In this document: piece by piece, positions 11,487 to 24,500 of the stretch
How positions within the stretch are numbered: the stretch's first letter is position 1
Layout: every line of letters begins with the position of its first letter
NCBI RefSeq assembly: GCF_006345805.1
Contig: NC_043013.1
Span: 54,870,001-54,934,000, forward strand
Direction: 5' to 3'
Source: Octopus sinensis
Lineage: Eukaryota
DNA: 64,000 nt
Position numbers and translations under genes: made by a program
The notes under the pieces: model-generated
Databases searched by the model: none
Seen by the model: only the letters and a program-made list of their open reading frames with translations
Told to the model about the DNA's origin: nothing

Positions 11487-13292
11487 CTGTGAAATGAGAA
11501 GAAATTTTTGGTTCAAACTTTAATACTTTTAGATGCAAATACTATATTCTGATAATTTAAACAATCTCTAACTGTTGGCAAATCTAGAATTACATAAATA
11601 ATATCAGAAATGAATACACGTTTATAAGCAGTCCTGATACAGCTCCATACAAATACACACATATTATTGATACTGACATGGACAAATACAAACACATTTT
11701 GACGAGGAATTAAAATCAATTATTTCATTTTGAATGTAGTATGGAAATCAATAGAAAACAAAAAGTTGAATGTTCAATATTACTTTGTGAATGCTCATTC
11801 AACCTCACTTCCAATATTCCCTTTTTCTTAACATTTTTTTCCCTTGTGTTCTTTCTAGATTTCTATCCAACACCAACAATGGGAGAAATCAATTTAATAT
11901 ATTATATGAGGGAAATGATTCAAGATTTTTCTGAAAAGAACATTTTAGTGTAGATTGCTTAGAGTCAAGGACACACGAGATTAATAGTTGCTTTGCAAAG
12001 TCTGTCCTTCTCTAAGACTATTATATAAACGAATGCACTGCAGGAGACCATGAAATCACAAGCATCCACGTATATTTGGAAGAAGAAGAAGAAGAAGAAG
12101 AAGAAGAACAACAACAACAACAACAACAACAGAAAGAAAAGAATTAAAGGTAAAAAGAACATTGCTTAATGCACCAATATACACATTTAGAAATAAGGAT
12201 GAAACATTACTTTGCTTCTTTGATTCTCTTTTAAACCTTTATACTTTCAAATTGGTAATGATGATGATGATGATGAAGAAAAAGAAGATAATGATGTTAA
12301 TGATGGGGATGATAGTGGTGCTGATAGCAAGAAATGCTCAAAATAAATCAGCATGCAAATGCAGGATTTGAAAGTAAACAAAAAAAAACCCGACATAAAC
12401 AAACGAAATTTTAATGGGAAAATAAGAAATGATAGCTGTACTTTTGTGTGATTTGATCTCTGTCTTTCATCCATGGAAACACTGCATGACACAACTATTG
12501 CACGTGTCATAGGAAAAGAGATAAAAGAAAATAAAACATATTTGGAAATAAAAGTTTTTAAAAAATGGAAGACAGCTATAATTTATTTTTCTTACTTGGA
12601 GAAGGGGGAAGTTCAATTTTGATGTAAAATGTTGTGATAATGTATTTTTTATTGTCTGCTGCTTATATCTATCATCTCCATTTTTTTTTTGTCTAATTAT
12701 ATCTTGGCACTTTTGGCAGAGCTGCTTTATTTTCCTCTCTTCTTTTAAAACCAGCAAGAATTAAAGAAATATTTTTTCCTTTGGTGTTTTTTTCCCATGT
12801 TTTACTCAATGTGTACAATATCGTTTTTCCATTTAATTCCATAAAATGTGAAGGAAATTTTAATCCAACATTGTAAAAGTAGTTTGAGAATGCCACAGAG
12901 AAAAGAACGACAAGACCGAACATGAAGAAAGCTGTGTCACCGAAATGGAAGGCAAGTGTTATGTATGGATATGCAAGAATTAACACTTTGGAGAACTGGT
13001 GCCTACCAGCTTAGAGCAAATCAAATTCTGAGAAGCAACTGGTTTGCTTTCCTCAAATATATTTAAGATGACAGAGGCGAGGAAGAAAGTGTAAAAAGTG
13101 AAAATGTTTAGGTGAAAGATAGGGAACTGAAGAGACCGAAGCAGATATTAAGTGAAAATTGTTAGAGAGGATATTAAGAAACCAGTTACTTTAGGAATGC
13201 CTTCAACTACAAACATTAACAAACACTTCATGTTTTCCTGGTTGACTGCCCTCCTTTTAACAGGTTTGTAGAATTGCAAACAATAATAAAAA

Positions 13293-13535
13293 TTGTTTCA
13301 AATTTTGGTACCAGGCCAGAAATTTGAGAGGGAGGCAGGTTTAGTTGGTTACATTAATCCCAGTATTTAATCACTACTTTATCAAACCTGAAAGGATGAA
13401 TGACAAAGTGACAAAGCGGAGCTGGGCAGGATTTAAGCTCAGTGTGTAGAGGGCAGGAAGAAATTGTGCCAACCACTTTATGGAGTGCACTGGGTGCTTT
13501 TTTCATGCCACTGGCACAAAATTACATAGCAAGGG

Positions 13536-13585
<50 letters not shown>

Positions 13586-13800
13586 TTCCTTTTGTCTTTA
13601 ACTTCTTCAAATCACCATCATCATCATTTAATATCCATTTTCCATGCTGGCATGGGTTGGATGGTTCGACAGGTGCTTGCAAACTAGAGAGCTGCATCAG
13701 GCCCCAATTGTCTGTTTTGGCAAGGTTTCTACAGCTGGATGACCTTCCTTATGCCAAGCGCTTTACAGAGTGAACTGAGTGCTTATTACATGGCATCAAC
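13293..13800 (-). mobile_element. SINE A copy (13293-13500) plus family C copy (13610-13800)
   Basis: Similarity to other copies within this window. Confidence 0.7.
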
Positions 13801-13984
13801 ACCAGTGGAGTTGCCAAGTGTTTGCAAGACAAAGCCCTCTTGGCTGCGAGAAGAAATAGTAAAGGGGAGGAGTGGCTTTGGACAAGTTAAGAGGTTAAAG
13901 TATAATAGAGGGATAGTGATAGATGTCTTTCTATAGAGGACATACTTGGCCAAGGAGAGGAAGAAGATATATTGAAAGAAATAG

Positions 13985-14190
13985 ATTGTGTTGGCGAAAT
14001 GCCTAGCGGTATTTCGTCTGCGGCTACGTTCTGAGTTCAAATTCCGCCGAGGTCAATTTGCCTTCATCCTTTCGGGGGTCAATGAATTAAGTACCAGTTA
14101 CGCGCTGAGGTCGATCTAATCGACTTAATCCGTTTGTCTGTCCTTGTTTGTCCCCTCTATGTTTAGCCCCTTGTGGGCAATAAAGAAATG
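13985..14190 (+). mobile_element. SINE A subfamily copy, CpG-rich and relatively young
   Basis: ttggcgaaatgcctagcggtatttcgtc...gagttcaaattccgccgaggtc retains its CpGs. Confidence 0.85.
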
Positions 14191-15000
14191 GGAAAAAGAG
14201 GGCGTTGGGACCTAATCACAGAGAACAGTGGTGATGGTGGTGGTAGTGGGGGATAATATAAGTGGGATAGAAGGGTATGTTTCATAAGTGTGACAGGAGA
14301 GATGTTTAGAAATGCAGAAGAGGGGACTGTAGCAAGTGATGGTGAAAGATATAGGAGTGGCTGAGTTCACCTTCCCTTCCTCAAATTTCTTGGTGTATAT
14401 AGTTATTCCTTAGTTGTTTTATTTTGTCTTAACCTTCCTGCTTTTCATATTTACCAAAATTCTTGTTGACAATCTTTCCATCTTTGATTTATTGTCCAAT
14501 GACTTCGTGCCATACACTCCTCTCTCTTATCCTTCACCATTTTCTTATTTTTCATTTTATCATTCTTCATTATTTCTTGTTTCATTCTCTTTTTTGACTC
14601 TTTCTAATCTGTTTATTTGGAACCATCAGTAAACTCCACCAAACAAGCAAATGAGATTCTTTTCTTTCACTCACAGCAAACCTGTTTATTCTGCAAGGAA
14701 CTATCTTTGCTTCTCTTTTTGGGTTTACATTCACAGAAGAGGCTAAAATGAAAACCATAAGTACTACTGACAGAATTAAAATGGTAAAAACCTGGAAATC
14801 TTATCAAGAAAACCAGGAAAAGACACAAAAACTACACAATCTCACCCACTCCCCAACTCTTAATCATAGATGCTGTTGTTGCTGTTGTTTAGAAGGAGGT
14901 GAGCTCTCAATGAGCTTGACCATCTCTTCATATTTTCACACATTGTAAGTGTCCAATCCATGCCAGCACAGAAAAAGGGGATGTAATGATGATGATGATG

Positions 15001-15031
<31 letters not shown>

Positions 15032-16479
15032 TGGTGGTGTTGGAGAAGATGATGCTGATGCGATTCATAATATATCATAATCAAAGTGTATTAATTGCAC
15101 TAATTTCTTGAATCTCCTCATTCTGTATGAAATTATGTGCCAGAAACAAAACGAAAACTAAATTTCAAAATTTGAAAAAAGAGAAATTATAAACATACAC
15201 ACTGATTTGATTTCACTTCTTTATCATTCGTTGCTTTATTAACTGTTTAATCAATTGATGAATAATCATTCCTACACATCAAATGTGAATGGTCTAGCCC
15301 CTGATATTCAGGCAGCATTATAGGACCTAGGGCAAAGCATATCACAACCACAGTGTACAGTGAAGAGCATTGGATTCCTTGGACCCATAGTCTCCCCTCC
15401 TGGGACAACTGCTCTGTATGCCCATATTTGCAGAGAAATAACAATTACAGGACAAGAATATTTTAATCTCAATAAAGTCACTACTTCACATAAGTTAAAG
15501 CATTTATCATTATTTCATTTAAGAACACTTCCACAAGGAATGTTTTATCATATGTAAGAAATTTTAGATTTATGTCTCTTGGGGTAAAAAAAATACAAAA
15601 TGAAGAAAAATGAAAGAAGTAATGCTTTCTTGATAAGTTTAATGAAGTCAGGAAGTAGAGAAGATTTTTCTGCCAATTTTAATCAGGAATATATATGTTT
15701 CTATGTAATTAATTTCAAAATAATCCAAAACATGAAAGCATCTATCTGTACAATGAGCAGAGTTGATTCTAAAATAGAGATATGATATGGTTGCCAGAGA
15801 ATTTTGCTGCATATAGAAATGAAAATTAAAATGTCCACATAATAAAACATAATTAAAAGCAGAAATAAATAGGGACAAATTGCAAATATCAATAATTAAA
15901 AATATGGGGAGAAATGTTTGTTCTTTAAGAAGATAAAGTAAAGCCTTCACAAATTTAGAAAATTCTATTTCAAAAGAAGAAATATTCCTTTTCAATGAGA
16001 TATTCCTATCGGAAATTCTAATAAATCTAAAAAACAAAAAATGATAATGATAAATTAGTAATGGCAAAATTGGTATCTTTGAATATAGCAACTATCAGAT
16101 TATTTTATTTTGGAATAATCCAGGATAATGGTATTTGAGTCAAAATAATTTTGAAAAGTAATTTCTTATAGCCAAATGAAAGTATTTAAAAAGCTGACTG
16201 TATGTAAAGGAATGTTCTAATTAGAACCATAAGATCACCTACAAGAACTTAACTTGTTAACCTGGATTTGTGTGTGTGCGTGTCTGTGCACATACATGCC
16301 TATGAATATGCTTCTCTCTGCATTTTATCTCTTAACCTTCTTGACACCAACACTTTTAATCATGTCATACAACCCACTGCAATTCCGTCTATTCTAAAAC
16401 CAGGAGATACACACGGTGCTACAATATAAGCACACATACTTATGTACAACACTTCCTCAAAGACTCCCTATGTACTTAC

Positions 16480-16511
16480 AATGAAGTCTGCAATTCAACA
16501 TCAAACCAAAG
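16480..16511 (-). CDS. Candidate micro-exon LWFDVELQTS (32 nt, phase 0-2)
   Basis: Acceptor ctaatgttttcctatctag; consensus donor gtaagt. Confidence 0.55.
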
Positions 16512-17246
16512 CTAGATAGGAAAACATTAGTAAGACAACCATATTGAATAGAATTCTTCACAAAAATAGCTCACTCATGAGGGAAGCATTATGCGTAACA
16601 AAGATGTCGGACACATTTGCAATACTGAAGAATATTTTTATATTATTCACTAAAAAGGAAACTTGTAGAGTATGTGCCCTCTCCCCAACATCACCCAATA
16701 AGTCATTGTCTGCATCAAGAGATTACTCAGAATGTGTAATTTTCAACATGTTAAAACATTTTGTCAGAGTTCCATTAAGTTTTTTGCTATAATGTGGAAA
16801 AGCAGAGAAAAAATTACAGTTTGCATCCATCCTGAAATTCCATGACAACTGTTAGTTTGACAACATAAAAGTCTAGGGTTGATGACAGGAAGAAAATTTA
16901 GCTGCAAAACACTACTTTCAAAAGGGAAGCATTGTTATTAGAAAACACAAGAGCCTGCAATGTTAACCCATAGTGCAGCAGTAAGGGGAAATCGCTGCAA
17001 AATATTTGTGCGTGAAAAATCCTTAAAGCAAATATTAAACACACACATAACCTTGTCTTCTAAATAGTGTTTTTAAAAGTAAAGATCTTGTTTATACATA
17101 AACATATATATATATGTATGTGTGTGTGTGTGTGTATGAATAAACACACACATATCTATATGTATGTATATATATATATATATATATATGAGAGAAGCAG
17201 AGAAGGAGGGATTCATATACACTATTACACACACATACACACAGAA

Positions 17247-17277
<31 letters not shown>

Positions 17278-17931
17278 CAGGGGTTGGAAAAAATAATGGA
17301 AACACCTTAAAATTTCGAACAAATTTATTTTAATTTAGGGTAGGACCACCTTTGGCATTAATTACAGCTTGAATTCTATGAGCTATGGACTTGTACAAAG
17401 TTTGAATTGTTTCCAAAAAGGAATATTTGTCCATTCTTCAGCTAAAACAGTCTCCAGTTCTTATAGTGGAGGATATCAACTCCTTATTTGTTTTTCTAAA
17501 ATGCACCATAAATATTCAATAATATTGAGATCTGGAGACTGTGGTGGCCAGATAAGATGTTCAACTTTACTAGAATGTTCCTTGTGCCATTCAGTAACGA
17601 CTTTAGCTATGTGAATTGGTGCATTACCATCCTGAAAGATTGTGTTTCCCACCAGAAACAGTTCCACAACCAAAGGATGAATTTGATCAGATAAAATGCT
17701 TAAATAGTCTTGGCTATTAAGTCTGCCATGAAGGGAAACCATTGGGCTGGCGGATTTCCAAGATATAGACCCCCAGATCATCACAGACCCACCTCCATGT
17801 TTAACAGTTGGAAGAAGGCAGTCTGAGTCAAATGCTTCATTTGGCTGTCTCCAGACGTGTACTTGGTCAGTGGTCGGAAATAAGGTAAAGGATGACTCTA
17901 AATGCTTCTTCAGAAACAGAGGCAAGTCCAA
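17278..17931 (-). mobile_element. 5'-truncated Tc1-family DNA transposon (DD34E-type transposase fragment)
   Basis: ORF 17476-17931 contains KHGGGSVMIWG, FQDGNAPIH and WPPQSPDLNIIEYLW. One TIR-like end (caggggttggaaaaaataatggaaacacc) sits beside (TA)n; no second TIR was found. Confidence 0.93.
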
Positions 17932-17986
17932 AGGAAGGGAAGACAGAGGTAGAAAGTCACACAGTTATATTCTGATATATATATAT

Positions 17987-18019
<33 letters not shown>

Positions 18020-18924
18020 GTTCAAGTTGTGGTAATGAAGTCAGACTAAATAGTGATATTTTGAAATTATTTAATATGTACATTTCAGGTTTATGTAATA
18101 TACTTATTACAGGAAATTCATCCATTACATAAGAACATCGTCAGTTGAAACATTTCAAAAAAGGTTTTATGTAATGGGTTCATTTCCTATTATATATTAC
18201 TGAGACCTGAAGTGTGTATATTAAATGACTCTAAAATATCGATATTTGGTTGGACTTCATTATTATGACTCCAAATGACTCATGTCAAAAATTCTGCTAC
18301 CATGCACCACTTAGTGTAACACAAAATTATTCACACACATACACACACTTTTGTATACATATACAGGGTGATGTGCATAGACATGAATTAAAAGTGAATT
18401 ATTGTTTGCATACAAAGTAATTTATATCCAAATACATCTTTCAAAGAATATAGATAAATTATTACAAATGAATTTTCTTTTCTTTCGACCAATATGTCAA
18501 ACGGTAGAAAAATCATACATCTAAATTATTCATTTAATGAAAATAGAGTCAGGGAAATTTTTCAAGTTTCTGCTAAAACTGCATCTTAAGTTTATTGCTT
18601 ATAAATTATTCAGCGACTGTAAGAAGTAGTATTTTCAAGTTTAGCAGGTGAAAACCATTGAAAAATATTGACTTTAAAATATTGATGGTATGAGTTTTAG
18701 TGATTTCATGATTGATTAATAGTTAAAAGCAGATTAGAGTAAATGTGTGTGTGTGTGTGTGTGTGTGTGTCTATCTTGCACTACATACAAATATACACAC
18801 TTACATAGGTATATTAGATAGATAGACAGACAGACAGATAGATAAAAAGGTTCAAATGAAGTGTTATGCTTATATAACCGTATATACCAGAATATGCTGC
18901 TTCTGTCAGGGTGATCACCAATAA

Positions 18925-19290
18925 AAGACTATTTGGAATATCAAAATACTAATAATACATAAATATTTCGTTTTGGGATTTGGTTTGCAAGATTCTTTAT
19001 GTGAGTTCGTGTGTTGAAGCATATTCTGTTGTGTCTGGGGAGAGTCATTTCCTTTTTGTGCTTTATAATCTAACACACTCACTAGTAAAATTTCCACTTT
19101 TTTCTTATTTTTATTTTCCTAAAATTTTCGTTGCGTCTTACAACCTTAACTATTGAAAAGGTTGCAAGTCGCAACGAAAATTTTAGAAAATAAAAATAAG
19201 AAATAAGTGGAAATTTTTACCAGTGGTTGTGTCAGATTATAAGGCACAAAAAGAAAATGACTCTCCCCAAACACAACAGAATAATACATA
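18925..19290. repeat. Foldback repeat, arms about 19027-19147 and 19158-19278
   Basis: About 120-bp imperfect inverted arms around a 10-nt loop; same family as 43985-44200. Confidence 0.85.
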
Positions 19291-20213
19291 AAGCTTTCCA
19301 CACAAAACAAATATTAAAAATACTTTTGAAAATTAGGACAAGTAAAATATTTGTTGATAACCCTAATCCTGTGCAGCTAATGGCCCCTCTGCCCCTAGAA
19401 CTCATGAAATTTCCTGGCACACACTGCAGTGGGTAGCATCACTTTCAAAAGCATTAAGTCTACAAGGATTAGAAGAATGAGAAAGAAGTAATTTCTCTCT
19501 TCTCTATTGTTCAGATTATTTTGTCAATTGCAAAACTTATTTTATCACATTGTTTCAAGATTTCAATAATGTTATTGTATATTTTTTAGAATGACATTGT
19601 AGGGTAAGTGTGAGAGGCTGAATCTGGCTGGCTTGAACATAATACAGGTAGAATATTTGGGCGAGATTTAACTGGTTTAAATGGTAAAGGATTAAATAAC
19701 ATTTCCGCTGCAGAGTTCTGTCATAAATTGTTATTTTATCTACAATCCTTTTGGTCTATAAATAATTCAGTGAATTTTTTATTAAAAAAATATCCACATT
19801 TTTTTTGCAAAAGCATTAAGCTTTAGACATAAGAGAGTAAAAGAGAATTGTACAAAGAAAAGAAATATACATTGAAATACCTGACTAGATGTTTACGGAC
19901 TTCTATAAACAACAGTGAGTTATAAATTTAAATAACATTGTTTGTTCTTTGACATTTGACAACTTTCAAATACGCAGCAGTAACACTTTCAGATTCACAG
20001 TTGGAAATAGAGTGATTGAAACAGCTTTGCAAATACTGCCCTTCACCTCTAAATGAATACCAGCTTATTTTCATCCATAATCCAGAACTTTTAGCCTCTG
20101 CCAGTAAACATCATCCTTCCTGTTTGTTGTAGCATTAATTTCAAGTTGTGCTTCTGTTTATGAGCTTTAAATTTTCGGATTTAAAGTTTATGAAACCAAA
20201 ACATACTAATCAC

Positions 20214-20246
20214 CTGGAGTGAAATCTTGTAACTTCCAACTTCATT
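20214..20246 (-). CDS. Candidate micro-exon NEVGSYKISLQ (33 nt, phase 0-0)
   Basis: Strong acceptor ttctttctctgtctgtgcag; donor CAG|gtgatt. Confidence 0.45.
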
Positions 20247-20599
20247 CTGCACAGACAGAGAAAGAATGTGTTTTATAAGAACAGAGAGAAAAATAAAATA
20301 AAAAAAAAAACACCATTGCTAGCAGGAATAAGTAAACATGTTTGTCATTTTGATATCATTTGTTTTTTGTTTACTTGTTTTATGCTATATGGTTTTATAT
20401 TTTTGACCATGCTTAAATGGAATTGTCTTTGCAAATTGGAAAATTTACATATGGTTGAAGCAAGTAATTTCAGAGATGGATGCACATTTTACTCCCAACT
20501 ATTCAACTGTAAAGTGTCGTAATAACCGAGTAACAATATCTCTCCTCCGTCTACTGATGTTGCTTTACAATGTAACATCAGCAATGAAGTATGACTTAC

Positions 20600-20680
20600 A
20601 CTGAAGTCGGAATCGTACTCTGAGGTTGTTCTTCCTCTGAGTTTCTTTATCTTATTTATGTAAATATTTACAAACCAGGA
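20600..20680 (-). CDS. Candidate exon SWFVNIYINKIKKLRGRTTSEYDSDFS (81 nt, phase 0-0)
   Basis: Acceptor caatttattcag; consensus donor gtaagt; only phase 0 is open. Confidence 0.55.
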
Positions 20681-20888
20681 CTGAATAAATTGTGTGGATT
20701 AAAGACTTCTGGAGAGATTTTATATAAAAAAAATATTTTTTAATTTAATGAAAACAAAATGTCAGAAAATATTTTCATTTATCAGCTTTAGTTTTAAAAT
20801 AATTCTGAAAAAATATTTAATTGTTCAATGTTTTATCAGTCTATTTCTAAATGAGTTTTCATACAAAAATTTTCATGAAATTTCTCAC

Positions 20889-21027
20889 CAAAGGAATTAG
20901 AATACATTGATTTTTGACATAGAAGAAAGATTTGAAGCATGAGAGAAAGGCACAGTTCAATTTCTGCTGCCTCATTTCTTGCCCTGCACTCTTCATACTC
21001 ATCTTTGGAATGATACAAGATATAAAG
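20889..21027 (-). CDS. Candidate exon FISCIIPKMSMKSAGQEMRQQKLNCAFLSCFKSFFYVKNQCILIPL (phase 2-0; acceptor uncertain: 21002, 21027 or 21042)
   Basis: Donor TTG|gtgaga; lies inside ORF 20859-21128; two frames are open. Confidence 0.5.
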
Positions 21028-21164
21028 CTGACTTGAGACAGGCTTTCAATGTAAAAAGGAATCCCAACACCAGTGTCTCTCAACCTTTTTTCCTTTGTGT
21101 AACCCTTAAAATAAATTACATGTATCAACCACTATTATTATTGTCATTATTATTATTATTATTA

Positions 21165-21690
21165 TTATTATTGAGTGAGAGAGAAGTGCATACCATCAAA
21201 GTAACACTGGGGTAAGCCCAATATACCCATCATGACTACCCATCTGATAAGGATACCCCAGGCACATGCCTCACAACTGTATGTGCGCAGCATGGTGACC
21301 TCATATCAAGATAAACAGCACATGACCTTGCAGGTGGGGCCCAGTTAGAATTTTCTTCTGGTCGAATAAGGTCCCTGAATAAGAGTTGTTTAAGGATGTT
21401 GAACCATGTTTCCAGAGGTGAATTATTCAAACCCCCAAAAATCCCTCTCAATACATGGCTATGATGCTCCCCCACTATTTCTGTTCGTGATCAGAGATGC
21501 ACATATCGTCAGCCACTAAGGGACATGCTCAACTGGTTACGGTCAAACAACTGACAAGCAAATCTGTGGTATTGAGCAGAATATTTGCTGTAGCCCATCT
21601 TTTATACCAAGACAAAACAATGTACATGATAACACTTCCAATCAGTTAAGATCAGAAGCCATGAGAGCCACTGCCTGATACTACATTATT
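21165..21690. mobile_element. Unclassified approximately 520-bp higher-GC insert between (TTA)n tracts, probably a dispersed repeat
   Basis: Sharp compositional boundaries and microsatellite flanks; single copy in the window, so repeat status is inferred. Confidence 0.45.
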
Positions 21691-21879
21691 ATTATTATTA
21701 TTAGTGTAATCTGCATGTTTCATGCAATCACTTGCACACCCAGCACCCTGAGATAAATGAAGGTTAAGAAATGTTGAAATATAAGTGAAAGCTTAGGGAA
21801 GGAAAGTGGAGAAGAAGGCAGTACAGAAACACATTCAGATAAAAAAAAGACAAATATTTAAGTTAATTGGGTTTTTCTA

Positions 21880-22110
21880 AGGATGAGGGCAGTACTTGTC
21901 AGCCCAATCTTTTGGAATACTTTGAGACACGTTTCTCTTGGTATGTCGTCTAGATGTTTCTGACATTCCTTTTACCTGGGGCACATACAATAACAGAAAC
22001 AGCTTTCACTTTAAGATGTCACATCTTTTGTATTTCAGTTTCCAAGTCCTTATATTTACTAAGCTTGTCAAATCCCTTTACAGATATATTTTCATCAGTA
22101 GGGACACTTA
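21880..22110 (-). mobile_element. Decayed RLE LINE C-terminus (R4/Dong-like)
   Basis: Minus translation VPTDENISVKGFDKLSKYKDLETEIQKM*HLKVKAVSVIVCAPG matches the K..KY.DL..EI..MW motif. Confidence 0.8.
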
Positions 22111-22564
22111 CTTCTATCATGATCATTATTATTATGAATACTATATAATGTACACAATATTATAATAGATAATATATTCAATATATATATATATATATAT
22201 ATATACAGTAGACACAATAACACACATACACACATATAATATGTATTATATTATTACGTAAATAGAGATAAGATATTTCTTATGCATTGTACATAATATA
22301 TTTAAAACAGACATTATTTAGCTGTGATAGATTGTGTTATATGTAATAGACTTATATGCTATACTATTTATAATATGTTTGTTCAATATATCACAGGATT
22401 TAGATTAATAAAATACCCAAGACATGAAATGATACTTTTAATTATAAGCAAAATTATCATTTTAATGAGAAGTAAATTACACACACGCACACACACACAC
22501 ACACACACATTGTATACATAAAATGCTTTACACTGTGGGGCATGCATAAAATATAAAGAAGTTA

Positions 22565-22720
22565 CTGAGTGGCTGTGTGGTAAGTACCTTGTTTCACAAC
22601 CACATGGGTCCAGCTTCAGTCACACTGCATGGCACCTTGGGCAAATGTCTTCTACTATAGCCTCAGGCTGACCAAAGCCTTGTGAATGGATTTGGTAGAC
22701 AGAAACTGAAAGAAGCCCGT

Positions 22721-22760
<40 letters not shown>

Positions 22761-23010
22761 TATATACATATATATATAGTGTGTGTGTGTGTGTATGAGT
22801 GTATGTTTGTGTGTCAGTGTTTGTGTCCCCCCACCATCGCTTGACAACCGATGTTGGTGTGTTTACATTTCCCGTAACTCAGCGGTTCGGCAAAAGAGAT
22901 CAGTAGTACTAGGCTTAAAAAGAATAAGTCCTGGGGTCGATTTGTTTGACTAAAAGCAGTGCTCCAGCATGGCCTCAGTCAAGATGACTGAAACAAATAA
23001 AAGAATAAAA
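22565..23010 (+). mobile_element. SINE family B full copy (tRNA head, central microsatellite, conserved tail)
   Basis: gagtggctgtgtggtaag head with a degenerate B box; colinear with 44806-45585 and 40862-41235. Confidence 0.9.
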
Positions 23011-23374
23011 GAAAAGAAAGAAAGAGTAAATTTAGCTGAAGTAAACCGAAGAAAGTTGCAAGAGGCCCGGATTACAATGCTATTACATCAACATCAATGA
23101 TTAATGGTGAAATTAGAGCAACTCTGCAAATGATCGTCTTTCAAAGCAGTGTTAAGCAGTTGTTTGTACAGTCATGGTAGTTAGATGTGAAGAGAAAACA
23201 AACCCTGCTCAGCTGTGTACGTCTCATGATCACAGTTGGAGAGACGGTATTATTACTACTTAATGGAACCTCAGCTCAGCGATATAACACCACCGAGTTA
23301 AGGCCTTCATAAATAATATTTAGTTTGTGAATCTATTTGGAGTCTATTTGAAGAAAAGCAGCAAAAACAATAAT

Positions 23375-23975
23375 AATCATTTCTAATTTAGGTAGAAGGC
23401 TAGTAATTTGTGAGGTAGGAATAATTAATTAATTAAATCAGCCACAGCACTTGACTGGTACTTTGTTTCATCCATCCTGGAAGGATTAACAGTAAAGTTC
23501 ATCTTAGCCAGATTTGCACTGGATGAATGCGACAAAGCATTGTTCAATATTCAAAACAATTCTGCTAATCCTTCACCATCAACACTGTTATTACTACTAC
23601 TACTACTACTATTTGCAAGAGTTTAACTGAAAACTAAACACATTAATGAAAAGATTTAAGTAAAACAATGGGAAAGTCTGAGAAAGCAGAAATGAAGATA
23701 AAATTTTAAAAATATATTGAAGTAAAAAACAGAGAGAACCTCTGTGTTCAATATCAGACAAAACTAAGGCAGGAAGCTGGCGGAATTGTTAGCATGCTGG
23801 GAAATATGCACAGTGGCATTTTGTCTGCTTTTATGTTCTAAGTTCAAATTTTGCTGAGGTCGACTTTGCTTTCAGGGTTGATAAAATAAAAGTACCAGTT
23901 GAATACTGGGGTTGATGTAATTGATTTATGCCTTTTCCCTGAATTTGCTGGCTTTATGCCAGAATTTGAAACCAA
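23375..23975. mobile_element. Two SINE A copies (23375-23575 minus; 23770-23975 plus)
   Basis: Similarity to other copies within this window. Confidence 0.7.
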
Positions 23976-23989
23976 TATCTGACAAAAGT

Positions 23990-24500
23990 TGATTGAGAGG
24001 AGAAAGTAATACAGAGTGAAAGCCATGTTGCAGCCAAAAAACAGAAGCATCACAAAGAAAGCAAAAGCGATGTCATATACAAACATAGAGATTAGCAATA
24101 GACATTTAGTGGTAGAGCAGAAAAGTGCTTATGATAACAATAATTCTGGATTAAATGTAAAAACTAAAGGTCTGATTTCAGTTACATGGGATCACAAATA
24201 ACTATTAGAAGAAAATAATGAAAGAAGAGGCCGACATCAAGCGTAGAATGTGCACTCAATTTAATGAAACAATTGATCACACCATTACTGGTTGCCCAGT
24301 TCTTGAAAAGATGGTATTTCTACAGACAGAGTTGGATGCCATAGCTCTAGGCCAATAACACCAAACTTTGATGGGAAAATGAAATTTAAAAAATGGCATA
24401 AGCATGGTATAAGAAGACATTGGTACATGACAAAGATCTAACTGCAATAATCTGAAGTATTATTGCGTAGATTGAGAGGAAATCAAAACAAAGGATCTCA
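23990..24500 (+). mobile_element. Highly decayed RLE LINE fragment (R4/Dong-like)
   Basis: GLNVKTKGLISVTWDHK, then RMCTQFNETIDHTITGCPVL (degenerate zinc knuckle) in another frame. Confidence 0.7.

Noticed and set aside
14675-14791. 117-nt segment with ag/gtgagt borders and two open frames
   Set aside because: Its phase does not fit between the 16480 and 11486 exons, and it was not recognised.
20530-20580. 10-bp hairpin ctgatgttgc/gtaacatcag near the 20600 donor
   Set aside because: Too short to be distinguished from background in 64 kb.
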